Positions 10,188 to 22,511 of a DNA stretch of 35,335 nt are shown here, in pieces. Both the position numbers and the translations under genes were made by a program. A model generated the notes under the pieces. The model was not told where the DNA came from. It saw only the letters and a list, made by a program, of their open reading frames with translations, and did no database searches. This DNA comes from Octopus bimaculoides (Eukaryota). The number at the start of each line of letters is the position of its first letter. Position 1 is the first letter of the stretch. The stretch is from positions 9,978,409 to 10,013,743 of the forward strand of contig NC_069003.1 in NCBI RefSeq assembly GCF_001194135.2. The letters are read 5' to 3'.

Positions 10188-11739
10188 CAATAGTGACATG
10201 TGGAAAATTTCATTTAAAAAATCCATTTTTCTTTAAGTTATGAAGAAACAAACCTTGAGGAAGCATGCAATGCGAAAAAAGAAAGCCCGCATCTTCATAA
10301 AATTTCACCGAACCGTCTTGAAACTAGATAAATATCTGGATGTAATACAACAGAATAACAACCTGTGGTGATCACGGTCGGATGCAGGTCAAACGATGAA
10401 TATTCATTCAATGAACGTTATGAGCGCTTATGAGCGCCGAATGTAAAATCAAGACATCTAAAAGTTGTCTGTTCGCATTTTGTCACATGCTCAGCGTTGT
10501 GTACATGATGTCACAAGTAACAAATGCATGCGCCAATGTATAATCCTTTTACTTGCGATGTCATTTGATATGCTAGAAATAGTTACCAAAATTTCTCATG
10601 AAATATCAACCTACCATCTTAAAAAAAAAAAAAAGAATGAAATTTTATAAACTGTAGATCTGTGGTTTTCAACTGGGGTCAATGCAAGATTTTGTCGTTA
10701 AAACTAATGGGCAATAAATTGGTTATGCTTTTACAACACGAAAATAATTTCAACAATTTTTTTTATACAGTCCCTAACACATTAAAGATACGTAATTTCA
10801 GTTTTACCCAAAACTAACTAGAAATGTGAGTAGGTGCGAATAAGCTCACATCTTGATTTTCATTCAAGACCGATTCGTTCCTGTCCACTAACCCCTTCGT
10901 GTCGTGTTAATAAAGAAAACACGGAAATGTAACGGCTAGAAGGCCTTTGATCATAAACCGACTCAATCAAAGCCTACTTGGTGTTAAACAAGAACTTTTG
11001 TCAACGTGACCCGGTCCTTGTTAAACGAAGGAATTTTGTAAACATTTTGCTTGGATTTCGATGATTAATTTAAAAAAATACATTTTTTAATTATCAAGGC
11101 AATTATTGTTTTGATAAATTACTTTGCATTCTGATATTAAACATGTTGGATATTGTTTGAATAAATTACATAACCTTATTAAACATTACAGCTGATTACG
11201 TTACTATAAATATATTGTTGTGAATGGCATTGAATGCGGGACTACAGCAAAAAAAATGATGTTTATAAAAAAATATTTTTTGTTTCTTCCAATTTTCTTA
11301 TCACTAAAATACAACGAATAGCTTATATCAAAAATGAAATATTAATTACCGTATATATTTTGATTTATAAATCTGAAAATTAGATTTGAAATTATTTGTA
11401 GACTAATGAATGAAATATATTAGCTATTCTGTGCGGAGTTGTAGATTGTCTGCTGTGGATAAATTCCTTCAGCCTATTTATTTATTTGATCAAAACATAC
11501 AGGTTGTTTTCGGTTGATCAAAGCTGTAAAATAACAGAATCATTTAATAAAGCCAACTCCAAAGTGCCCAGCTGGGGCTACCACTTCTAATCAGAGCCTT
11601 CTGACGGACGACTGATTAAAGGTAATATATTAATTTTCATATTATATTTAACGTAAAGCCCCCCCCCCCGATTCCACCACCTCATTATAATATGAATAGT
11701 GCGTAGCATTTTAAGGTTTGCCTTTTATAATATATATGT

Positions 11740-11877
11740 ATGTGTGTGTGTGTGTGTGTGTGTGTATACATGTAAGTATATATATATATATTTCTATACA
11801 TACATACATGTATATATATAGATATATATATATACATAACATATATATATATATATACATAACATATATATATATAT

Positions 11878-11926
<49 letters not shown>

Positions 11927-11998
11927 NNNNNNNNNNNNNNNNNNNNNNNNNNNNNNNNNNNNNNNNNNNNNNNNNNNNNNNNNNNNNNNNNNNNNNNN

Positions 11999-12049
<51 letters not shown>

Positions 12050-12152
12050 GCGTATGTGAATACATATATACATATATTTATTTATTTATTTGCATATATC
12101 TATATATATGCATGCATGCACACACACACACACACACTTATATATGCAGTTT

Positions 12153-12250
<98 letters not shown>
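11740..12250. repeat. Compound microsatellite block (TG)n,(TA)n,(CA)n,(GAT)n,(AAT)n around an assembly gap
   Basis: Direct reading; accounts for the low-complexity ORFs in the track. Confidence 0.95.
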
Positions 12251-12251
<1 letters not shown>

Positions 12252-12860
12252 GAATGCTTTAATGCCAAATTGATTAAAAAAGGAAAATACGTTTTATTTG
12301 CTGATATTCCATCATATTGAAATAATGGAAGTTTACAGGTTTTAAAACAAATTACTTACGTTTCCCAGTAGATATACATCAATTAAGTGATTAATTAATC
12401 GGCAGATATGGGCTAAATGTAACACAATATTCTGCCCACCCTACGGGGGGTGGGGTCTTACTACACTTCAGCAATTTGCAGATGGTCGATAAAAGAAGGT
12501 GCGTCACCGCTGTTGCTCGTTCTACTAGAAATAGCAGCCAAACCGCTCTCGAATCGTGTCCCACCTACCGTCTTAAATAGCGAAGGATATATTAGAACAT
12601 GTTGTTCATGAAATTAGAAAAAAAAGAAGCAAAAAAAAGACAGTGGTCACGATTGGAACGTCTTTGATCTTAAACCTGCTCAATCAGGGAACGAAGCAAC
12701 AAGATCGATAAAATAAGCACCAGAAATACATTGCATTGATTCATGTGACCAAAAATGCTCTTTTGCGCCTGTACACCCCCACAAAATATTGAAATACTCA
12801 AATATCTCATTAATTTGTTTTCATACTGCTATATATATAAATAAATAAACACGTATATTT

Positions 12861-12895
<35 letters not shown>

Positions 12896-14247
12896 NNNNN
12901 NNNNNNNNNNNNNNNNNNNNNNNNNNNNNNNNNNNNNNNNNNNNNNNNNNNNNNNNNNNNNNNNNNNNNNNNNNNNNNNNNNNNNNNNNNNNNNNNNNNN
13001 NNNNNNNNNNNNNNNNNNNNNNNNNNNNNNNNNNNNNNNNNNNNNNNNNNNNNNNNNNNNNNNNNNNNNNNNNNNNNNNNNNNNNNNNNNNNNNNNNNNN
13101 NNNNNNNNNNNNNNNNNNNNNNNNNNNNNNNNNNNNNNNNNNNNNNNNNNNNNNNNNNNNNNNNNNNNNNNNNNNNNNNNNNNNNNNNNNNNNNNNNNNN
13201 NNNNNNNNNATATATATATATATATATATATATAAATATATATAAATATATATGTATGTATGTATGTATATTTAGAGAGAGAGAGAGATAGGTAGATATA
13301 GATAGGTGTAACTTCTTTATGTCATGAAATATTGTTTACATTTTTCATGTACATTTCATTTTTATTTTAGCATCATCACCATCGTCAAATAATGTTAATA
13401 TAATTCTGCTTGTTATGGTATATTGTTCGAGTGTTAAGGCCTTTTAATTATGAAACGAATTCGAAGGCATAATCGAAAATGTTTTAGCATAATTAATCAA
13501 CCTTATGGAGATCTATAAAATATATGTATAGTTAAAAAAAAAATATGGAAATAATATTTATATAACATGAAATAATCACGGATCCCGCTTGTTAATTAGT
13601 AATTGAGATATGATTTAAAGAAAAATAAATAAATATCTGGGAAAATCCGAAACAGCTGATGTATTTATTAATCAGAACCTGTTGACTTGGAAATAAATTG
13701 ACGTGTGATGGTGCAGAATTAAATTAACGAATAAAAAGAAAAAAGTGAGGTTAGTTTGGTCCCATTGATTTCGCAAGACTGGCGCTTTTAATCTATCCAA
13801 ACATGGATTAACGTATTGCGTTTTGTAATCTATTAATGATTGATTATCTAATCATTAAGTCTTTAATAACGATGTCGATTCTTTAAGATAGATTTGTATC
13901 ATTATCGTAGACTGTAATGAGCAACAGGCCCACAAACGATATCTGTTTCTAGTTGGTTCTTGTAATGTTTTAATATCATTTCACGTGGAAAAATATACGC
14001 AGTTAATTAACTCGTAATGTACATTTCATTATTTTGTTGTAATACAATAATACGAAGATAGACAAAACGATATCATGACATCGGATGATCATCGTATGAT
14101 GGAAGAAAACGTTATTAATCAACAAATAATAACTCGAAATAATTAATACATTTTTTAATGACTTGATAATAGTATTTAGAAATATTTTGGGAGGGGTCTC
14201 CTCTTTCTCCTATTTTCTATGTATGTGTGTGTGTGTAACGAAATATA

Positions 14248-14301
<54 letters not shown>

Positions 14302-15123
14302 NNNNNNNNNNNNNNNNNNNNNNNNNNNNNNNNNNNNNNNNNNNNNNNNNNNNNNNNNNNNNNNNNNNNNNNNNNNNNNNNNNNNNNNNNNNNNNNNNNN
14401 NNNNNNNNNNNNNNNNNNNNNNNNNNNNNNNNNNNNNNNNNNNNNNNNNNNNNNNNNNNNNNNNNNNNNNNNNNNNNNNNNNNNNNNNNNNNNNNNNNNN
14501 NNNNNNNNNNNNNNNNNNNNNNNNNNNNNNNNNNNNNNNNNNNNNNNNNNNNNNNNNNNNNNNNNNNNNNNNNNNNNNNNNNNNNNNNNNNNNNNNNNNN
14601 NNNNNNNNNNNNNNNNNNNNNNNNNNNNNNNNNNNNNNNNNNNNNNNNNNNNNNNNNNNNNNNNNNNNNNNNNNNNNNNNNNNNNNNNNNNNNNNNNNNN
14701 NNNNNNNNNNNNNNNNNNNNNNNNNNNNNNNNNNNNNNNNNNNNNNNNNNNNNNNNNNNNNNNNNNNNNNNNNNNNNNNNNNNNNNNNNNNNNNNNNNNN
14801 NNNNNNNNNNNNNNNNNNNNNNNNNNNNNNNNNNNNNNNNNNNNNNNNNNNNNNNNNNNNNNNNNNNNNNNNNNNNNNNNNNNNNNNNNNNNNNNNNNNN
14901 NNNNNNNNNNNNNNNNNNNNNNNNNNNNNNNNNNNNNNNNNNNNNNNNNNNNNNNNNNNNNNNNNNNNNNNNNNNNNNNNNNNNNNNNNNNNNNNNNNNN
15001 NNNNNNNNNNNNNNNNNNNNNNNNNNNNNNNNNNNNNNNNNNNNNNNNNNNNNNNNNNNNNNNNNNNNNNNNNNNNNNNNNNNNNNNNNNNNNNNNNNNN
15101 NNNNNNNNNNNNNNNNNNNNNNN
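14302..15123. other. Assembly gap (N run) flanked by (TA)n; other gaps at about 2114-2210, 4863-5314, 11927-11998, 12896-13209, 32124-32364 and 34578-34587
   Basis: Direct reading. Confidence 0.98.
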
Positions 15124-15524
15124 ATATATATATATATATATATATATATACGTTCCCGTAACCTAGCGGTTCGGCAAACAACCCAATAGAATAAATACCG
15201 ATTTTGAAAATAAGTACTGAAGATTGATCTCTTCGACAAGCCCCTCCAAGGTAATGGATGTAACTCAATGACAAACAAGTAAAAGATAATGATGTATGTA
15301 CACACAGTTATTTCAAAAGTAAATAGACATCATTTTTGAAAAATTTATTTCAGTTTACAATATCGGGTTCTTTGATGTTTTTAAATACCTAATCTGGTAT
15401 TTAGTAAACATGCCTTGTGTAGTTATTAATGATTTAACCCCTTTGGACATCGTACTAACGGCCAGTATCTGCAAACTTAAAATGTTATAATGAGGGTGTC
15501 TATTTACTTTTGAAATATGTGTGT

Positions 15525-15910
15525 GTGGAGGCGCAATAGCCCAGTGGTTAGGGCAGCAGACTCGCGGTAATAGGATCGCGGTTTCGATTCCAAGACCGGG
15601 CCCTGTGAGTGTTTATTGAGCGAAAACACCTAAAGTTCTACGAGGCTCCGGCAGGGGATGGTGGCGAACCTTGCTGTACTCTTCCACCACAACTTTCTCT
15701 CACTCTTTCTTCCTGTTTCTGTTATATCTGTATTTCAAAGGGCCAGCCTTGTCACACTGTGCCACGCTGAATATCCCCGAGAACTACGTTAAGGGTACAC
15801 GTGTCTGTGGAGTGTTCAGCCACTTGCATGTTAATTTCACGAGCAGGCTGTTCCGTTGATCCAATCAACTAGAACCCTCGACGTCGTAAGCGACGGAGTG
15901 CCAACAACAA
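15525..15910 (+). mobile_element. tRNA-derived SINE, full length (same family as 1033-1400)
   Basis: End-to-end similarity with the other two copies. Confidence 0.85.
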
Positions 15911-15962
15911 TGTGTGTGTGCGTGTATCATTGTGTATGTGTTTGTCCCCCGCTTGACAACTG

Positions 15963-16190
15963 CAGAAAGAACCCTCAAATGTGGCATAACAAGCACTTGA
16001 CTGGAACCCGCAGGGGAACAGGAAGCGAGGACGCCCGAAGCAGTCATGGAAGCGGAGCATTTTTGGACGAGCTCAGGACCACCTGCCTGACATGGGAAGC
16101 AGCCAAGAAACACGCCAGTGACCGCAAAAAGTGGAAAATAACTGTTGAGGCCCATTGCTCCACAAGGGGCAAAAAGGATTAAGAAGACGC
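15963..16190 (+). mobile_element. RTE/RTE-X LINE 3'-terminal fragment
   Basis: With one stop and one frameshift it reads ALDWNPQGNRKRGRPKQSWKRSI-LDELRTTCLTWEAAKKHASDRKKWKITVEAHCSTRGKKD*, followed by a short gaaga tail. Confidence 0.85.
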
Positions 16191-16239
16191 GTTCGCTCGA
16201 TTTGCCAGAAGTAAACACACCCTTAATCAACCTCCCACA

Positions 16240-16760
16240 CCTACACCGTTAAACACATATCCAACATCACACACATTTGAAACAGCATACACATTTACTT
16301 ACGCACACACACTCACACTGATATTCTATTTCACTCACACACCAGCATCCACAGTTCCACTTGATATTCACACTCGCAGTAACCAGTTCGTCTACATTTC
16401 CAAATATCTACTACTTTTGTTACCTCTATTTCACCTACACGGCCTTTTTTGCATGACAACGCATAAACTCACAACAGCACACAGACACACTAAAGTACAC
16501 ATACACAAACACACAATAGTACGCACACAAACAAAACAGCACATGCATACATATGCATACACACATACCAGAAAGCCTTACTCACACACATTAACAGAAA
16601 ACAAGCATACACACTTACACATGTCACAAAAACACACACACACACTGTATACACACATTAGCTTCATAAACACACACACACACAGCCTCATACACACACA
16701 TATAACCAAAAAACAAGGACATACAGACACACCTAATAGCTTCATACACACACATACAAA
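16240..16760. repeat. CA-rich degenerate low-complexity tract
   Basis: Direct reading. Confidence 0.85.
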
Positions 16761-16834
16761 CAATAGCTTTTTAGTGGAAAGTGGGTTATACATCTTTAGA
16801 TTGTATACCTGACTTCCTACTCTAAAATTAAGAA

Positions 16835-17117
16835 TATAACGGAACGCTGAACTCCAGACTAAACAACTTAAACAACACTTTATTTAGGTGGTAAATATGT
16901 ACATCATTAGTTCTTGTTGTTACAGCTTCTGTGTGTATGAGCATAGTTGTTGGGACGTTGTTCTGTAGTTGTGAGCGAGCTGTCTTGTGTAAGTCCGAAA
17001 AATGTAGAGACAGCTTTAGCACACGTGCATGCTCATGGTCGGCCGACCGTAAAAGAGAAAGAATTGAGCGGGAAACACTTGCTTGTTTAATTCTACGCAT
17101 GCGCAGGCGTTACTACA
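16835..17117 (-). mobile_element. Possible solo LTR
   Basis: Minus strand starts TGTAGTAACG and ends CCGTTATA (TG...CA-like), with AATAAA about 45 nt from its 3' end; no TSD seen. Confidence 0.35.
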
Positions 17118-17500
17118 GCTTCATAGATACACACACATGCATATGCCTTGCCACTTGTTGTTCTCCTTGCCACGTGCCAAAGGCAACCACTTTACTACTT
17201 CTGGTCACTTCAGCATACAGTGGCTGTTTGATGGAAACAAATGTGTTCTCTTTCTCCATTTTTTCTCTCCTTGTTTATTCTTTCAGAAGTGCTTATGCTC
17301 AAAATGTAAAACACTTTTTCTAATTTCTGCTATTTCCTGAGGATAAAACCTAAAACACTCTGTTTTTAGCATATTTGACTCTTCCCTTTCTCCAATTTTT
17401 TACCCTCCATTTCTTTTCTTTCAAAAGAGCATATACTTGAAATGTAAAACATTTTTCTTCTAATTTCTGTTATTTCCTGAGCATAAACCTTATATAATCT

Positions 17501-17805
17501 AGGAGAGTATTGTAGTTCGCTTGAAGCATTGTGTATTGTTTGTAAAGAATAAAAAGTTTAGAATGGTATAACAATGCACTATAAAACAAAAAATGGACTA
17601 TATACCTGTTGTAATTTGGTTATCTATAGTCCGATGATATTTCGGAATTACAATTCATTCTTCAGATATTCTTTGCTGAAAGAAGATCTGAAGAAGGAAT
17701 TGTAATTCCGAAATATCATCGGACTATAGATAACCAAATTACAACAGGTATATAGTCCATTTTTTGTTCTATAGTGCATTGTTATACCATTCTAAACTTT
17801 TTATT
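17501..17805 (-). mobile_element. Fold-back insertion with 12-bp TSD and hammerhead-like cores (putative Penelope-like non-autonomous element)
   Basis: TSD cttatataatct at 17489-17500 and 17806-17817; 123-bp inverted arms with 2 mismatches; CTGAAGA-stem-GAAA motif. Confidence 0.75.
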
Positions 17806-17989
17806 CTTATATAATCTGTTTTTGGCATATTTGGGCTCTGTTTTTTCTTTTTGTTTTTTTGTTGTTTTTTTTTTTTACAGCAGCCTAAAATGAGCATCAT
17901 TATTTCTTATGAACATATATTTCTTTACCAATGACTGTTTTCTCTTTATTATCTGTAGATATCATAAAAGAATTCTTCAACAGTGAAAA

Positions 17990-18136
17990 ATGGAATTTGT
18001 TGAATTCATCAACACACCAACTGTTGATAATGTGGTTCTTCACAAACCATTCGAGTTGTCTTTAGAAGGCACACTCTGTGTAACTGGACATCATCTTATT
18101 CTTTCTTCAAGACAAGAATCCAAAAGTGAACTGTGG
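17990..18136 (+). CDS. MTMR9: MTMR9 coding exon 1 (MEFVEF...SELW; start of PH-GRAM region)
   Basis: ATG at 17990 with in-frame TGA at 17984; acceptor AG at 17957-58; donor GTAAGT at 18137; 49 codons, phase 0. Confidence 0.95.
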
Positions 18137-18918
18137 GTAAGTTAACCCTTCATCATCATCATCGTTGTCATGACCATCATTATTTAATGTCTGTTTTTCA
18201 TGCTGGCATGGGTTGGACAGTCTGACAGAAGGCTAGCAACCTGAAGAGCTGCACCAGGTTCTATTGTCTGTTTTTGGCATGGTTTCTATGATTTGATACT
18301 TTCCTGATGCCAACCACTTTAAAGAGCGTACTGGGTGCTTTTTTATGTGGCACCAGCACCAGTGGTATCACCAAGTAACCTGCAAGACAAAGACCTCTTA
18401 ATAAGTACTAGGCTTACAAAGAATAAGTCCTGGGGTTGATTTGCTTGACTAAAGGCGGTGCTCCAGCATGGCCGCAGTCAAATGACTGAAACAAGTAAAA
18501 GAGTAAATTGGTTTTATCAACTGAATTACCTTAAAGATGGGACAATTTGTATGCTTGTGTTGCAGATTTCTGCTTGTACTTCAAGACCAAAATTTTTACG
18601 AGTCTTGGCTCATACAGCAAATTACTTGTACAATGGAGCACTTGTACTATGATGTTCTACTATATTTGTTTTTTAGAAGCGTCGAATGCGTATCATATTA
18701 TATAGACAAAAAAGTAATATTTTGAACACAGTATTACTGTGAAAATAGCAAAAAAAAATTGAGTACTATCCTTGTTTGTTACCAAATTTTTGTTTTGCAA
18801 GGATAGTAATACCCAATTTTTCTTCTGTTTCCACAGCGATACAGCTTTTGAAATATTACTTTCTTGACTGATTTATTGTCTCAAGTATCGACTAACAAAC
18901 CTAATTCTTATTCTGCAG

Positions 18919-19078
18919 TTACTTCATCGCAGTATTGACAGTGTTGAGAAGAAACTATCTGGTGCTGGTGGTACTTTAACAATTCGCTGCAAAGACTTTT
19001 CTATCATCCAACTGGAAATCCCTTTGGCTGAAGAATGCATCAACATTGCTAGTTCAGTGGAACAACTGTCAAATATAG
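18919..19078 (+). CDS. MTMR9: MTMR9 coding exon 2 (LLHRSID...LSNI)
   Basis: ttctgcag acceptor, GTAAGA donor; 160 nt, phase 0 to 1; contains IRCKDFSIIQLEIP. Confidence 0.95.
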
Positions 19079-19099
19079 GTAAGATTCTTGTCACCTGGT

Positions 19100-19314
19100 T
19101 TAACCTTTTAGCCTTCAGATTAATGTAACATTTATTCTCATTGTTCTAAATTTATCCAGCATCATCTTGTAGCTTCAAGTTTTCAATTTTATGATTGTTT
19201 ATTTTTAGAATGAGATTGTTGGGCAGACATGAGAAGCCAGACCAAACTGGCTTGGACATAAAACAGGTAGAATATTTTGGACGGATACGGCCTGTTTAAA
19301 TGCTAAAGGGTTAA
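19100..19314. mobile_element. piggyBac-like MITE (TTAA-CC(C/T)TT...AAGGG-TTAA)
   Basis: TTAA at both ends with 14/16 matching terminal inverted repeats; degenerate relatives at about 30955-31335 and 22850-22900. Confidence 0.6.
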
Positions 19315-19986
19315 CATCACCCTCGTCAACACTGCCACTATCTGATTCTGGGAGTCTTTGAGCAGAGTCCACCCTGTTGCAAAATATTTGGATCAAGTCT
19401 GTGATCTTAGGATATTTTGATATCCTGTGTTATATTTCTTCATACTGTAAACATCTAAGATGTCTACAGTATGCTTTCTGTTTCTATAGCCACTGGCATG
19501 GCTGGGATGGAAGGTAAGATCTACCTTGGCAGAATTTGAACTCAGAACATAAAGACAGAAAAAATGCTGCCAAGCATTTTGCCCGGCGTGCTAACGATTC
19601 TGCCAGCTCGTCACCTTGTTCTTGTAGAATATCAAAAATGGAGGACACTGCTTATATGACAGTGATACTCATTTACAGTTGTTATAGGATGACAAAATAA
19701 GGAAGTACACATACACACACACACATGTAGATATCTATGATTTATATACCATGGGCTGCTTTCTGTTTGCATCCCCCAAATTTCCCCAGATGTGTTTGGA
19801 CAGTCTAGAGCTATAGTAGACGTCTCTTGCACACTTGCTCATGGTGCCAAATAGTAGTATTGAACCTGAAACCATGTGATTAAGAAATGAACTTCTGAAC
19901 AACACACCCATACCTGCACTTATAATTTCTTATGTAAACGAATCAAAGTATTATTTATTAATTCTTAATTCTTATTATGTCTGTAG

Positions 19987-20138
19987 ATGATGTTGCCCTT
20001 ATGTATCCTTTCTTCTACCGACCCTTGTTTGATGTCCTGGAAGATGGTTGGCAAGCTTTCCTCCCTCAAGAGGAATTTAACCGTTTCAAAGAATGTTCTG
20101 ATGAATGGCGCCTTAGTTACATAAACAAAGATTACGAG
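19987..20138 (+). CDS. MTMR9: MTMR9 coding exon 3 (DDVALMYPFFYRP...NKDYE)
   Basis: ctgtag acceptor, GTTTGT donor; 152 nt, phase 1 to 0; YPFFYRP and WRLSYIN motifs. Confidence 0.95.
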
Positions 20139-20299
20139 GTTTGTGTTTCTTGTTCTTGTTTATCTTCAAACATTATTGTTGTTTTGTTTGTTTGTTTTGT
20201 TTTCTTTTTCTATGAAGGATTGTAGCTTACTGGTTATAGTATTCAGCTAATGATCATATGGTTGTGAGTTCATTTCCCGGTGATAAACTGAAATTGAAC

Positions 20300-20840
20300 C
20301 AAATTTGATGACTGGCACCTATGCCAACCTTCCTTTGTTGGACACTAAACTAAGCTTGTGAAGACCTGTTGGGGCAAGTGAGATCGAAACTGAACCAAAT
20401 TCAATGACTGGCATCCGTGCCAGTGGAGTGCTAACAGTGCCATTTGAGCGAGATCACTGCCAGAGCAGCAGTCTCGCTTCCGTGCCAGTGGCATGTAAAA
20501 AGCACCATTTGAGTGCGATCATTTCCAGCTTCGTCTTACTGGCACTTGTGTCAGTGGCATGTGAACAAAACATTGGATTGACTCTTGTGCAGGTGGCATG
20601 TAAAAAACACCATTTGAGCGTGGCCGTTGCCAGTACTGCTGGACTGGCCCTCGTGCCGGTGGCACACAAAAAGCACCCATTACACTCTCTGAGTGGTTGG
20701 CATTAGGAAGGGCATCCAGCTGTAGAAACTCTGCCAGATCAGATTGGAGTCTGGTGTAGCCATCTGGTTCACCAGTCCCCAGTCATATCGTCCAACCCAT
20801 GCTAGCATGGAAAGCAGACATTAAATGATGATGATGATGC
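20300..20840 (+). mobile_element. Interspersed repeat with internal tandem units (tggcatgtaaaaagcacc) and (GAT)n tail
   Basis: Also seen at about 34680-35190 (+, several units) and 18150-18390 (-). Confidence 0.7.
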
Positions 20841-21505
20841 ATTGTATCCTTGACCAAGACACTTTATTTCATATTGCTTCAGTCCACTCAGCTGCCAAAA
20901 GTGAGTTGAACCTGTAATTCAACGGGGCCAGCCTTGTCACATTGAATCTCCTTGAGAACTATGTTAAGGATGCGCATGTCTGTGGAGTACTCAGCCCACT
21001 TGCACATTAATTTCATGAGCAGGCTGTTCTGTTGATGGGATCAACTGGGACACTCATTATCGTAATCAACAGAATGCTGCGGGATCAGCCCTGATTAAGA
21101 AAACCTATGACCAAAGACATTCCAACCATGACTGTCATGTCTTTTATTCAGACATATTCATACAAATCCTGCATTCTGATAACTACTGGGCTCATGGTAC
21201 TTGTTGCACCAGACCAATGCAAGTTTGAAAGACGAGAGAGTAGGACTGGCTCTTCACAAACCATGCTGACTATAATAATAAACCCTTACTGCTTGTGTGG
21301 TGGTGCCTGGTTTAGTGGTTGAAGTGTTGGACTCATGATTGTGAGTTTGCTGTTTTGATCCCTAGACCAGGTGATGTGTTCTTGAGCAAAATTCTTCATT
21401 TCACATTGCTCCAGTCCACTCAGCAAGGAAAAATTATCCTGAAATTGGGGTGCATCTAACTCTCGCCACTATAGGCTAATTATTATCCTTTTGCATATAT
21501 AGGAT

Positions 21506-21783
21506 AAAAGAGTAGAGGGCAAAGGTCCCCTTTGGTCATGAATGACCATGGGATTGCACCTAGAAAGTTCCCCTCTGAGGTACATGTCTGGGCAAGGTTG
21601 TTTATGGAAGACCAGCAGTCACCCAAGCGTACCAGCCTTTCTTCGGGAAAAGGCAAAGGCTGATACGGCTTGCCACCAGTGTCATCACAACTCATTTCTA
21701 CAACTGAGTGAACTGGAGCAATGTGCAATAAAGTGTCTTGCTCAAGAACACAATACACAACCTGGTCTGGAAATCAAACTACA
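21506..21783 (-). mobile_element. SINE copy (family of 8484-8816), head truncated
   Basis: Direct sequence similarity by eye. Confidence 0.75.
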
Positions 21784-21955
21784 GTAATGTTTTCTGCTAT
21801 AGCTAAGGTACTTTTGTAATGTGCTTCAATGCACTCAAAACTTTTATCTAAATATGCACTGCTGATATATGGTTGTGTTGGTTTTCCTTTTGTTTATCTT
21901 CCATGTTTGATTGAATACCATAACTGACCCCATTTCATGTTGTTTGTACCAACAG

Positions 21956-22084
21956 GTGTGTCCTTCATACCCTCACCTTGTTATTGTTCCGAAATCTATT
22001 GATGACATCACACTTGTTCGTGTGGCAGGCTTCAGACAACATGGACGTTTCCCTGTCCTCTGCTATTATCACAAGGATACAAAG
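21956..22084 (+). CDS. MTMR9: MTMR9 coding exon 4 (VCPSYP...YYHKDTK)
   Basis: aacag acceptor, GTAAAT donor; 129 nt; myotubularin VCPSYP and GRFPVL motifs. Confidence 0.95.
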
Positions 22085-22139
22085 GTAAATGTGTGGTCCA
22101 GCTCCTTTGTCTTTTAGCTTTGCATATGTGTGTTTGTCT

Positions 22140-22511
22140 GTGGAGGCGTAATGGTCCAGTGGTTAGGGCAGCGGACTCACGGTCATAGGATCGCGGTATC
22201 GATTCCCAGACCGGGCGTTGTGAGTGTTTATTGAGCGAAAACACCTAAAGCTCCACGAGGCTCCGGCAGGGGATGGTGGCGAACCCTGCTGTACTCTTCC
22301 ACCACAACTTTCTCTCACTCTTTCTTCCTGTTTTTGTTGTGCCTGTGATTCAAAGGGTCAGCCTTGTCACACTGTGTCATGCTGAATATCCCCGAGAACT
22401 ACGTTAAGGGTACACGTGTCTGTGGAGTGCTCAGCCACTTGTACGTTAATTTCATGAGCAGGCTGTTCTGTTGATCAGATTAACTGGAACCCTCGACGGA
22501 GTGCCAACAAC
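22140..22511 (+). mobile_element. tRNA-derived SINE, full length, in MTMR9 intron 4 (same family as 1033-1400)
   Basis: End-to-end similarity, with a small deletion near the 3' end. Confidence 0.85.

Noticed and set aside
11685-15305. Long ORFs in the track (YIYIYI, DDDNNN, poly-X)
   Set aside because: They are translations of microsatellites and N gaps.
20404-20700. CRISPR-like spaced repeats (tggcatgtaaaaagcacc)
   Set aside because: Eukaryotic context; the intervening sequences are related to each other, the units are degenerate, and no cas genes are present. These are internal repeats of an interspersed element.
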